Assembly (NCBI GenBank): GCA_004431415.1
Contig: QPMI01000058.1
Coordinates: 1 to 64,000 of the forward strand
From: Cyanophora paradoxa CCMP329
Taxonomy: Eukaryota > Plantae > Glaucophyta
Reading direction: 5' to 3'
Length of the DNA stretch: 64,000 bases
The notes beneath the pieces were generated by a model. That model was not told the DNA's origin. It saw only the letters and a program-made list of their open reading frames with translations, and made no database searches. Within the stretch, counting starts at the first letter, position 1. Every line of letters starts with the position of its first letter. The translations under genes were made by a program, and so were the position numbers. Positions 23,765 to 35,285 of the stretch are shown here, piece after piece.

Positions 23765-26600
23765 CTAGGGCCGGCGGCGGCGGCGCGGGGAGGGCGACCG
23801 CGGGCGGCTGCGGCTGCGGCTGCGCCTCCGCTGCGGCGAGCGCGAGCGCCCGTCGTCGCCGCCGCCGCCCCTCGCGCCCCGCTCCCGATCCCGCTCCCGA
23901 TCCCGATCCCTGTCCCGCTCTCGGCTGCCCCGGCGGTCCGCGTCGGCCCGCCCGCGCCCACGGGCGTCGGCGTCCCCCGCGCCGCCCTCCCCCGCCGGTC
24001 CTCCGGCGGCCGCCCCGCGCCGGCCGCGCGGTCGGCGAGCTCCCCCTCTTCTTCCCGCTCCCGGCCCCGCTTCTCGGCCCGCGCCCTGCGCCCTCCCTCT
24101 CAGCGCGGCGCCCCGCGCGCCTCGCGGCGCCGGCTCGCGCGCATGCGCACCCGTCGCGGGGCGGCGAGGGCGGCGGCGGCTGCGGGGCCGCCGGCCGCTC
24201 GGGCTCGGCGGCGGCCTCGCGGCGGGCCTCCGCCAGGCGCGAGGCCGCCTCGAGCTCGCCCATCTTCCCCGCTATGATCTCCCGGTGGATCTGAGCCGAC
24301 GCGGTTAGGACCTGAGGCAGAGAGAGGGGGGGCGGTGCGAGGCGGGGCGGGGCGGGGCGGGGCGGGCGGGCCTGGAGCGGGGTGCGGCGGACGTTCTTGC
24401 CGCGGTACGTGGCGCGCCGCCGCTTGTAGTCGCGCGCCTCGGCGAGCTCCTCGAGCCGCGACTTGACGCGCGCCTCCTCCGCCTTCGGCATCGGCTGCAG
24501 CGCCGACTCCGCGTCCCGCTCCCGCTCCTGCCCACGGGGCGGCTCAGGCGGGGCTCAGACGCTCAGGCGACCCGAGCCCGGCTCGCCTGGCGGATGAGGT
24601 CCGATCGGAGGGATCGGATGGCGTCCGCCCGCGCCACGTCCTGGTCGTACTGGAGGGGGGAAGAAGTCGGGGGGGGGGGTACGGGGGGAGCGGGGAGGGG
24701 AGGGGGGTACGTGCCTGCAGGAGCCGCTCGTTGACGGCCCGCCGCGCCACGATCTCGTCGGCCTGGAGGAGGGGGGAGGGGGGGGGGGCAGAGACATCAG
24801 GGGGAGGGAGAAGGAGCGAGAGGGGTACGCCAAATCGGCGCACGATGGCCTGCCGCCGCCGCTGCGCCTCGCGGATCCTCCGCAGCCGCTCCTCCTGCGC
24901 TCTCTGCGGGGGACTCAGGAGAGGGGGGGGGGAAGCGGAGGGGGGTACGGCGCGCTCGCCTGCTGGGCGTCGAGCTCGGCGCGGATCCACTCGTCGAGCT
25001 CGAGGGACTCGCCCCCCGCCTCCATCCCGGGGGGTAGGGGCTCCGCCCCCGATGGGGGTACCGCAGCCGGCGGGGGCAGGGAAGGGGCGGCGGGGATGGG
25101 AACGAGTGGATGAGGCCGGGAGAAGAAGGAGGATTCCGCGTACCCCGCCGGGGCTGCCGGGGCCGGGGCCGCCGCAGCGGCTGCGGCGGCCGACGTGCGG
25201 ATGGCAGCCGCACGCTGCGAGGCGTCAGCGACGGACGAGAACCGCGGAGCTCGGATCTAATGATGATTACATAAAAACGCGCCTTCTCGACGATAGCGAG
25301 CGCCAGAAACTTCCACAGGGCCAGCACGAAGGCCCCAGTGCCTGGCGGGTGGTAAGGCGTCGAAGTCCGGGGGGGATAGATCGGAGGGGGGTACGCGGGG
25401 CGGTGAACTCGTGGAGCTCGGCGGCGACGCGGTCGGCGTGACGTCGCTCCGGGTGCTGCAGGAGGCTGCGCGGGGGCGGCTCGGAAGGAGGGGGGTACGA
25501 AAAGCAGCAGGGGGGTACGCCGCGCCTGTATACGAGGCTCACGAGCTCCATGTCGAACACGGGGACGAAGCTGCGGCGCGGGTCAGGTCGGGTTGGGGGG
25601 GGTTAAGTCCGGGGGGTACGGGGGCGTACCGATCCATGTTGGAGATGAGCCACCCGGTGACGCGGCTGCGGGAGAGCTGCTCTACGGGTAGTCGGGCGAA
25701 GGGCCGCGGCACGCGGCGTGTCCATCCCTGCACGAAGCTGCGCGGGCCTCAGGGGTTGGAGGGAGAGGGGGAGGCCAAGCGAGGCCCCGCGCGCGCGCGC
25801 CTGCGGATGTGGGGGAGGGGGGTGAGAGAGGGGTCCAGCATTCCCGCGATGCGAGCGTCCTCCTCCTCGTCCTCCTCCCCCTCCTGCACCACGGCGGGCG
25901 CCGGGCCGCCCTCCCCGCCCTGCGCCACGGCGGGTCAGGGGACGGAACCGGAGCGGCCGAAACGGGGCCCGCACGGGATCGAGCCCGTCCTCGAGGGCGG
26001 CCTCGTCCTCCGGGTCGATGGCGACCATCGCGGCGGCCGCCTCCTGCGCCACCCGCCGCAGCGTCGCCTCCTCTGCGCGCCCCGCGCTCGCCTCGCCGCG
26101 CTCTCGACTCGACGAGGGGGCGAGCGCCGCACCGATGTCGTCGCTGAGCGTCACGACGTTTGGGGCGTTCTCGTAGAAGAAGAGCGAGCTCGGCCGCACG
26201 TCCTGCGGGGCGCTCGGGGCCAGCGGAGGCGCACGGGGTCGCCACGCAACAGTAGATCCCGCACCACTTTGTCGGGGTCGATGCCCTGCCGCCGAAGCCT
26301 GCACCGGAAGACGTGCCTGTCGAGCGACCGCGGCGGCATCGTGTGGCTCGGATCCACGGGGCAGCGTACGAGGCCTGCATCTTCCCGCTGCGCGTGCGAC
26401 AGTGCTTGAGTACACGCCGCGATGAGCGCCCCCGTGGCGCTCGCCTTGGGCTGCAGCTCGTCCGGCTCAATGCCGAGGCTCTTCGCGACCCGGTGCAGGC
26501 GCTGCTCCACCTCGTGCGCCCACAACAAGAGCTCCGCCTGCGGATCGCACGCTCCCGGAGGGCCGTCCTCGCCGGGCGGCCCATCCTCGCTCGGCCACAT
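23765..26600 (-). CDS. SNRNP48: U11/U12 snRNP 48 kDa protein (minor spliceosome)
   Basis: CHHC zinc finger LVRCPVDPSHTMPPRSLDRHVFRC; conserved C-terminal motif EELAEARDYKRRRATYRGKNVRRTPLQIHREII; RD/RS-rich tail ending at a TAG at about 23765. Confidence 0.85.
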
Positions 26601-26753
26601 CGTTTACGCCGTACCCGTCGACTTTCGGCGCCAACTCAAAGTCCGCCGCAACCAGCGCTCTACCACAGCCAGGAGCGCTCAAAATCGCTTTGAGTTTAAA
26701 TCAGCATCGAACTTGGGCGTCCGCACCGCCGAAACACCGCCCAGCAACCGAAG

Positions 26754-29700
26754 ATGTTCGGCAACCCGAAGCTGAAGAAGCCGTCGTTGCATATCAGAAC
26801 GCAGGAGGATGCCAACTCTCTGCTTCAGGTGCGCGAAGCGGGCCAGGCGCCGCGCGCCGCCGACGAACATTGAGCGGGTTTGAGCATCCCGCCGCAGATA
26901 ACGACGGTCTGCACGCCCCTTTCGATGTACTGCACAAAGGACGCGCGGGCGGTAGTCGTCTACTACGACAGGTCGCCGCGCTCGGACCGCGCGTCGGCGT
27001 GCGCGGGCTGGGCTGACTTCCGACGCGGCGCGACAGGACGATGCACTCGCTCGGGAAAGACGGTTGGGGTGACAAGCCGAGCGCGGACCACGTGAGCCTG
27101 CGGGCGCTGCTGGAGGTGGCGAGCGCGTGCACGACGGCGGCGACGGGCGCGGCGGCCGAGGAGACGAAGCCTCTGGAGGCGGCCATCGTGCAGATGTGCT
27201 CGACGCTCGCTATGCCCGTCGAGAAGACGCGGAGCCGCCTGCAGAGGATAGCGAACGTCGAGTGGAACACGCACAACCGCTGGTCCCTCACCGTCAACAC
27301 GAGCGACGGTGCGCGAGCCCGCGCGCGCGCGCCTCCGCCGGCCGCTCGCGCTCCGTCCCGACGCGGGCGCAGCGCCGACGGATGCGGGATTCAAGTACGT
27401 TATGCTCATGGGCGCCGCCGAGCGCGTCTTCTCGCGCTGCTCGTCGGTCCTCGTCAACGGGTACGTGAACATTGGCCCAGCCGCTCGCGGCGCTGATTTG
27501 ATCGCGTGCGGCGGCAGGTCCATGATGCCCATGAGCATGGTCGAGAAGGTGCGAGGGCCGACGGCCCAGCCCCGCCCCAGGCGGGCGGGCGCCCCGCCGA
27601 CCGCCCCGCCCCGCCCCGCCCCCTCGCAGCGCGAATTCGAGGCCGGATTCGTCACCATGGCGACGAAGGGCCTCCGCGTCGTCGGATTCGCGGTACCCCC
27701 CTCCCACCTCGCACCGGTACCCCCCCGCCCGCCCACCGGCCGGGCGCGCAGTGCATGCGGCTCGAGGACGCGGAGCTGCCGTTCGAGCAGGGCCAGCCCT
27801 TCCACCTCGACCGCATCCCCACGGTACCCCTCCCCGCTTCTTCCCTCCCCCCGAACCGTCATCTGACGTCGTACCCCCCATCCGCAGTCTGAGCTGACGT
27901 TCTGCGGGATGGTCGGCATCGTGCAGCAGCCGCGGGCGAACGCGCGTCTCGCGCTGCAGGCCCGCCCGATCCTTCCGAGTGCCCTCTCCAAATCTTTGAA
28001 GCCTGACGCCGGCGGCAGACGCTGCGGCAGGCCGGCGTTCGCGTCATCGTGACGACGGGGCAGCACCCCCTGATCGCCGAGGCGAGCTCCGCGTACCCCC
28101 CCTCCGCTCCGCCCCCCGCGCTGATCGATCTCCCGGGGGCAGAGCCTGGCCCGGGAGATCGGGCTGCTGGGCGGGGGCGCCCCCGAGTCGGTCGCCGACG
28201 GCGTCGCCCCGGACCACGTACTACCCCCCCCCTCACTCCCCCCCCCCCGCTTAGACCGACTTCTTCGTTCGCAGCCGCAGTTCTACATGTTCCCGACGCC
28301 GCCCAACTCGGAGCACTACCGCGGGTCCCCCCAGCGCAGCGCCCAGAACGGCGCGGCGGCGGCGGCGATGGCGGCGCCGGCGTCGCCCGCGTCGCCCAAC
28401 GGGTCGGCGGTGCCGTCGCCGCTGCCGCCGCGGGCGCCGGGTACGGGCGCCGCGCTCGAGTTCGGGTCCTCCTCCTCCCCGTCCAAGGTGAAGCTATCGT
28501 CCCCCCTCCTCCCATCTCTCTCCTCTCATCCCCCTCCCTCCCTCCCTCGCGAGCAGAGCGGGGCGCTGATCGTGAGCGGCGAGGAGCTCGGCTCGCTCTC
28601 CTCGGCCGAGATGGAGAAGGCGCTTCGGAAGCCCCAGCTCATCCTCGCAATGTCCACCCCCCAGGTGCTCGAGAAGAGCTGAGCGCCGCAGCTAAGAAAG
28701 AGAGCCTAGGAAACGCCATGCTCAAGAGAGCTTTAGAAGCGCCTAAGAAACGCAAGCCCCAGCTCATCCTCGCAATGTCGACGCCCCAGGTGCCCCAAGG
28801 AGAAAGCTAACAATAAAAAGACGCTCAAGAACGCTTTAATAACGCTTTGAAATGCCTCTAGAGGTTCACGAACGTCTAAAAACGCTCAAAAAACGCTTGA
28901 AAATTCCCCGAGAGGAAGCGCCAGCTTCGCCAGCCCGCCAGCTTCGAACATCCGATCCGCCTAGACACGCCCCGCGCCGAGTCGCGCCGCCCCGAGTCGC
29001 GCCGCGCCCGCGCTGACGCCGGGCGCCCTCCCCCCTCCCTCCCCTCCACCGCCTCGCATCTAGCATCCCGCCTCGAAGAGACCACCGATCCTCCCGAAAC
29101 CGCCCCGCCACGCGCCGCGCCCGCGCTGACGCGGGGCGCCCTCCCCTCTCCCTCCCCTCCAGCACCGGCTGCAGCTGGTGGCGGCGCTGCACGGGCGCCC
29201 TTAGAACGCTTTAAACCCTTAAGAAACGCTTTAAAACGCCCCTAGAGAAACGCTTTAAAACGCCCCTAGAGTGTGCGCCCGCGCTAGCTTCTTGCATCCC
29301 GCCTCGAAGCCGCCCCGCCCCGCCCCGCCCCGCGCCTGCGCCCCGCGCTGACGCGGGGCGTCCTCCCCCCTCCCTCCCCTCCAGCACCGGCTGCAGCTGG
29401 TGGCGGCGCTGCACGGGCGGGGCGAGCGCTGCCTCGCCGTCTCCTCCGGTTCCTCCGAGGACATCCCCCGTGCGCCGGCCCGCCCCCCGTTCTAGAGGGG
29501 GGCCGCTCTAGAGGGGCGCCTAGAGGGAGACGTTAGGTTTATTCTTGAGGACATCCCCCGTGCGCCGCCCCGCGCCAAACAGAAGAGAAGGGGGGGGGGA
29601 GGGGGGGGTAGATCACTTTTATAGTCCTCGACTCGAGATGGACGCCCCGAGAGACCCGGGCGCCGCCCTTTGGCCGCCCAGAGACGCGCCGGCCGGACCT

Positions 29701-30305
29701 CAAGGACCCTCAAGAGGGATCTTGGAAGCCTTCGGATTTTAGAGGCCCGCGCCGTTGGAGCGGCCAGAGACGCGCCGGCCGACCCGTGACCGCGCGGGGG
29801 CGGCGGGCGGCAGTGCTGCTGCAGACGTGGGGCGTCGTACCCGACGGCGCCGCCTGCCCCGAGGCCCGCACCATGTCCAAGGGCGTCCTCGGTGAGCGGT
29901 ACCCCCCCTCGAGATCTAGAGCGGTACCCCTGCTTCCTCCTCTGACGGCGTACCACCCTTCTTTCGTAGCGGAGTACAGCGTGGAGGAGCTGGTGCGGGG
30001 CCTCCTCGCCGTCCGCAAGTTCCAGAGCCAGCAGGTGCGGAGGGGGGGTACGGGCTCGGCGGTGGGGGCGGGGGAAGGAGGGGGAGGGGTGAGGGTGGCG
30101 CAGCTTGATCCTTAGATGGCGGGAGTGGGCCCTAGGCGCCCCGGGGAAAATCAAGGGGGCGGTGCTGGCCGTTGCATGTATTTATGGCGCTGCGCCGGCG
30201 CCTCCCGGAGCCTTTTTTTCCCGCGCCGAATCGGTGGCTCTGAGATGGACCGGTACCCCGCAGGAGGGCAAGGAGGGCTGCTACGACGCTTGCTCCGTCA
30301 TGTAG
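26754..30305 (+). CDS. Catalytically dead, membrane-less P2C (Na/K)-type ATPase cytoplasmic loop (N and P domains) with a C-terminal CaaX motif
   Basis: Colinear with the M4-M5 loop: ITTVCTPLSMYCT (cf. [13 protein letters not shown]), EWNTHNRW (FNSTNKY), MGAAERVFSRCS (KGAPERILDRCS), GLRVVGFA, LTFCGMVGIVQQPR (DPPR), VTTGQHP (TGDHP), AVSSGSSEDIP (TGDGVNDSP). The last exon reads EGKEGCYDACSVM-stop. Confidence 0.85.
28990..29420 (+). repeat. Imperfect tandem triplication of a branch point, pyrimidine tract and 3' splice site, plus the exon start in two copies
   Basis: CCGCGCTGACGC(G/C)GGGCG..CTCCCC..CCCTCCCCTCCA occurs at about 29008, 29121 and 29343. The last two copies continue GCACCGGCTGCAGCTGGTGGCGGCGCTGCACGGGCG. 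Confidence 0.9.
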
Positions 30306-30798
30306 CGCGCTATGTATAGCTACCCCCCGCCCGCCGGCCCGGCCGGGCCCGGGGCGCCGCCCTCGCCCCCCTCCCTTCAGATTTCAGATGCCTTCAAATT
30401 CGCACAAAGTTCCTAGTCCCTCGTTCTGCTGGGACTTGCGCGTGGCGCTATAAATAGCTATGCCCCACCGAGGCTCCGAGGCTCCCTGTTAACTTGTTTC
30501 GAATTCGCGCCACCCTCCAGAGAATCAATATTCAAGTGGCCAGTGAATTCGAAGTGAAAACAATATGCAAGCTGAAGAAGAAGCTGCGCGGTCCGGATCC
30601 GGAGGCTCCACAGGCTCGCTAATCATATAAGTCGGTGGCCCGAAGCAAGACACTGCATGCGCACAGTGGTACTATAGCTATGATAACGATTTGACGTCGA
30701 CGTGGACTCAATCGCTCGAACACAAAGCCTTGAAGGGCGTAAGAAGGTCGGGGCCGTAACTTAGGAAGGGGCCACGCGGCCGCGAGTACTTGTTAAGA

Positions 30799-31826
30799 TT
30801 ACGTATACACGCATGTGTATATGAGCAAAACGCTTAAGACAGTGCAAACCCACATCGCAGCGCGAGTCAAGACGGAGAGGTCCTCGGACGTGACAGGCCT
30901 AGGTACGTATACCTGTATACGTACATGTTAGGTTGCAGTTAATATATATATTGATCCATGAGGCTGATTATGACTCGATGAGGGCTCCGCTGGCATATTG
31001 CAGGCTACTAACTAATTATAACATTCTAGATCTAGATCGCGCTGGTATACGTATCTAGATCTAGAGCGCGAGCTCGAGACTGGGGCGGGTAGACGTAATC
31101 ATGATCACCTGCTCCGGATCCATTCGTTGTTGCGATTTTAGTTCGCTCTCCTGACTTAAGCTTTCGGCCTTGCTCTCCAGGGCCTCGATCCTCCTCTCCA
31201 GGCCTTCGAGGCGCCGCCTGTACGTGGCCAACACCCTCACCTCCCGCCGAGCTCTGGCGCGCGACGTCGACGGCTCCTGCTCCAGATCTAGACGCGATGT
31301 ACATATGCATGCTCTCCCGGAGCCCGAGCCCGCCTCTGAATTCGAAGCAGCCTGCGAGAAGATTATATAAATCAGTACGGAACGAAACGAATTTGCATGC
31401 ATACGGGGATCGATTTCCATGCAGCGGCCAGATCTAGATGTAGATCGATATCTATAGCTAGATCTAGACCAACGCGTACGCGTACCGCCGCTGGACATGC
31501 CCGTTCGCCTGCGACCGCGCAACGAATCAAATTTAGACCTATAAAGAGCAGGGATTTCCCGCGGGCAGCGCCGCCGGGCGTACGCGTCCAAGTTCACCTT
31601 GATCGTGATTTCGCGAATCGATATCGATTCCGCCGCTCCGCTGCCTGACCATCATGCAGGCCGACTTGCGCACCTCCTTGACCGCCGAGTCGCCCAGCGG
31701 AAGGGAAAGTTCATGGGAGAAAGCTCGCGGCGTGGCGTGGCTAAAGATGTCACCGACAGCGCTGTGGTTGAAACTGTTCGCAGCTCGCGCTGCTCCTCGG
31801 CCGAGTGGCCGGATAGCCGCCAGCAT
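30799..31826 (-). CDS. Possible small orphan: presequence-like N-terminus, coiled coil, C-terminal hydrophobic helix
   Basis: MLAAIRPLGRGAARAANSF...; RRRLEGLERRIEALESKAESLSQESELK; putative last exon AAMWVCTVLSVLLIYTCVYT-stop. The exon linkage is not fully resolved. Confidence 0.3.
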
Positions 31827-32039
31827 CGCCGCCGCAATCGATATACCCAACCAGAAGAGAAAAAAACGCTGCCTTGGCTTGTGGCCCAGGCGGAACCGGG
31901 GCCTGGCGCACCGCGAGATGCTGCGGATCGTGCGGCCAATCGGTCTGACGGCCCGTGCCCCGTCGCGCTTTGATGTTTTCTGACCAAGCCGCCGCTCGCA
32001 GCAGCAGCGGAGCTCCCACTGCGAGCTTGCGGCGCATGG

Positions 32040-35000
32040 GCGCTGCTTCGATCCCGTGCGGCGCTCCGGTGGACCGGCGTCAGCCCGTGCCGTGCACACC
32101 GATGCCGCAGCGTTTGGACTCGGGCCGCGCCCCTGAGACTCGGGCGGCCGGGCACCAGTCGGTTCCTGACCACTGATCGGCTACCCGCGGACCCGCCGGC
32201 TTCAGGATCTGTGGGGCCAGCGCAGGAGCTCGGCACGCGGGCGCTGGCAGCGCCCGCGCTCCGCAGTGCTCCACAGCACGGCCCGCCGACAGCACGCGCA
32301 GAGGAAGCGCGGTCGGAGGGCGGAGCGATGCAGAGGGGTTCGAGCGCCGGCGGGCAGTCGGGGCCCGGCGAGCGGTGCGTGCGGCCCGCCTCCGCGAGGC
32401 GGGCGGGCGCCGGCGCGAGGCGGGCCGCGGCGCAGGTTCAACTTTCGTTCGGTTGTGAACGCCGTACACGCGCGCGCGAAGAAGGTCCCTCTGGGTCCGG
32501 GCGGCGCGGAGGCAGCTGAGGCAGACGAGGCGTTGGCGAGCGCGCCCTGCCCGCCCCGCCCCGCGCCCCCGACCGCCGCGGCCGCAGGCGGCGGCGCTGC
32601 GCTCGGCGCTGCTGGAGCGGATCGGGCCGCAGAAGGCGGACTGGTCCAAGGCCTACGCGGCGGTGGTCCGGCGGCTGGCCCTGGAGGACGGCGACGGCCC
32701 CCGCGCCGCCGCCGTCGCCCGCTGCGCCCCGCGCGTCGGCGTCGCCCCCTCCCACTGGATCCAATCCCCCCTCGTCTTCTACCACGTGCGCCGCCGCCGT
32801 ACCCCGGGGGCCGCCATTGCCCCCCCCCTTACGAATCCGGGGTACAGGTGGCGCGGAACCGTTTCGATGACTGGTCGGCTGTGCACGCGGGGCTCGAGGC
32901 GCGGCATCGGAGCGGCCCGCCCTCGGAGCGGCTGCCCGTGCCGTACTGGCGCGAGATCGCGGTGGGGTACGCGCTCCGCGGGCAGTGGGCGGCCGGCCGG
33001 CGGGCCTGGGAGGAGGGCTCCGGCGAGCCCTGGCCCCCCGACCAGGACCTCTACCTTTCGGTACCCCCCCCGCTCATCTCCCCCCACGTACCCTCCGCCT
33101 TTTGTTTCCGACGCGGCGCGGCGGCAGCTTACAGTGGCGTGGCGCTCGGCGTGCATCGGGGCCGGAGTCCTTCCAGGCGCGCTGACGGACGGCCTGGAGG
33201 CCCCTTCCGCCGCCCTCCGGCGCTTCGCTGAGAGCGGCGGGCGGGCGACCGACGTCTCCGCCCTCGCCGCGACTTGCTTCGCCGGCCTGATCGCAGCCAC
33301 GGCCGAAACGGCGGCGGTCCACCCGGCCGCCCTGGAGGCAGCCATCGAGTCCCTGCTCGCGGCGTGCGCGGCGGCCGGGCCGGAGGTGGGCCCCCGCCTC
33401 AGGGACGCGGCGCTGGAGGTCTCCATGGGCGTCGTCGCCCCCCGCTTCGGGGCGGCGCTCCTGGAGCCCCTCGCGGCTCGGCACCTACCCTCCCTCGAGC
33501 CCCGCGCCGCGGAGGCCGCCGCCGCAGCGGCCGCCGCCGCAGCGGCCGCCTCATCCGCCTCCACCGCCTCCGCCTCCGCCGCCTCCGCCTCCGCCGCCTC
33601 CTCCGTCTCCTCCGCCACCGCCGCCGCCGACAACTCATCCGCCTCCTCCGCGCCGCCTTCCGAGCTGGACGAGTTCGAGCGGGCGCGCCCCCGCCTCCTC
33701 TTCGACGCGGCCCGCCTCCTCGCCGCCGAGCTGGCGGTGGCGGCGGCGCCGAGGGGCCCCGGCGTCGCCCAGCTCTTCGAGGTGCTGGACGAGGGCCGCC
33801 GCGCCGCCTGGGCCCCCGACCCCGAGCTCGCCCTCCGTTCCGGACGGCTCCTAGTCTACGCCGCGAGCCTCGCGGCGGCCTCGTCCTCCTCGGCAGCGTG
33901 GCGCCCGGCCGCGCGCCTGGCCGGCCCCGTGGTGGACCTCGTGCTCGCGACGGGGGCGGCGGGGGGCGCCCTGGCCTTCGCCTCGGCCGCCGTTCGGGCC
34001 CTGGCGGGGGCGGGACACCCGGCGGCCGAGCTGGCGTTCCAGGCCGCCTCGGCCCTCGAGATCGCCCGCCGCCCAGAAGACGCCCAGGTCCGTCCCCCCC
34101 CCCTTCCCAGAGCCTAGTCTAGCCAAGTTTAGTCGAAGTCTAGTCGAGAGCCCACTCTAAGCCTAGCCTAATCCTAAGCCTAATCCTTAGCCTAGTCGAT
34201 ATCGGCTAGCCCAAGCCTAGGCCAAACCTAGCCTAAGGATTTCTTTCGCAGGCGATGATGCAGCTGGGGCGGGAGCTGATGGGCGGCGGGGGCGCGGGCG
34301 AGCCGGCCCCTTCCGACGCCGCCTCGGCGCCCGTGCGTCCCGCGCTCCCCCCCGCCCGCTCGCCCGTCGCTTACAGCTGCGAACAACAGCAGCAGCAGCA
34401 GCCGGGGGGCCGGCGCCCCGCGGTGGACCCCTTGGATTTCTGGACCGAGCTGCCCCGCGTGACGCGCAGCGTGCTGCACGGCCACACGGAGCCGGACGCG
34501 CACGTACCCCCCGGGCGGGAGGGTGGCCTCGAGCAGCTGGCGCTCGCGGCGGCGCGCTCGGGGGACGACTCGCGGCTCTCGGCCGTGCGGCACCTTCTGA
34601 GCCAGGGCGACACGCTGGACCCGGTCCTACGGGACGCGGCCGGGCTCGCCCTGGACATGCACGCGCTGCCCGCCCCCGTCGTACTCGCCCGCCTCCTTCC
34701 GCTCCTCGCCCGCGCCGGCGCCGGCGTGCCCGCCGGCGCGAACCCGCGCATCGCCGCCCGCCGCGCCTACCTCGCCGACCGCACCGCCTTCCTCGCCCTG
34801 TGCTACCTGTCCCTGCCGGCCCCGCTGGGCAAGGGCAGCCCCGACATCGGCCTCCGCGTCGCGACGGCCGCGTTCCCGGGGGGCCGGCCCGTGCCGCCCC
34901 TCGCCCTCCGCGTTCTCTACTACTCCCTCCGCGTCTCCCGCCCCGTTCTGGACGCGGACTCTCAGTTCTTTTGGGAGGCGCTGCAGCGCCGGGCCGGGCA

Positions 35001-35259
35001 CGGGCACGGCTCGGGGCTCCCGCCTGCCTCGCCCGGCAGGGGCCGATCCCGCACCGTCCGGCCCGAGTCCGATCCCGAGCCCCCGGCGCAGGGCGGGGCC
35101 GCCGCCGCCGCCTCCGCCTCCTCCTCCCCCCGCGCCGCCCCCGCCGCCCGCACCGCCCGAGCCCCGGCAAGGGCGCCGGCCCCGCCCCGACCCCGTCCCC
35201 GCCCCGTCCCGCCCCCGAGCCGCCCCCCGCGCCGCCCCTCCTGGCCCCCCGACGTCTGA
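32040..35259 (+). CDS. Hypothetical Ala/Leu-rich, probably alpha-helical protein
   Basis: Long GC3-biased exons (about 33130-34087 and 34252-35259) and shorter upstream exons bounded by splice signals. No recognisable motif; the start is uncertain. Confidence 0.6.
34113..34240. repeat. Intronic degenerate CCTAAG/CCTAG/CTAA pentamer-hexamer tract
   Basis: AGCCTAGTCTAGCCAAG...CTAAGCCTAGCCTAATCCTAAGCCTAATCCTTAGCCTAG. Similar tracts occur at 47305-47480, 47700-47765 and 56965-57195. Confidence 0.8.
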
Positions 35260-35285
35260 ATGCTGTACCCGTCCGCTTTAACATG

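Noticed and set aside
28860-29600. Repeats with spacers resembling a CRISPR array
   Set aside because: Unit length and spacing are irregular, the units are copies of splice junctions, the context is eukaryotic, and there are no cas genes.
30400-31650. Transposon remnant in the lower-GC island
   Set aside because: No terminal inverted repeats, target-site duplication, or transposase/RT motifs could be identified.
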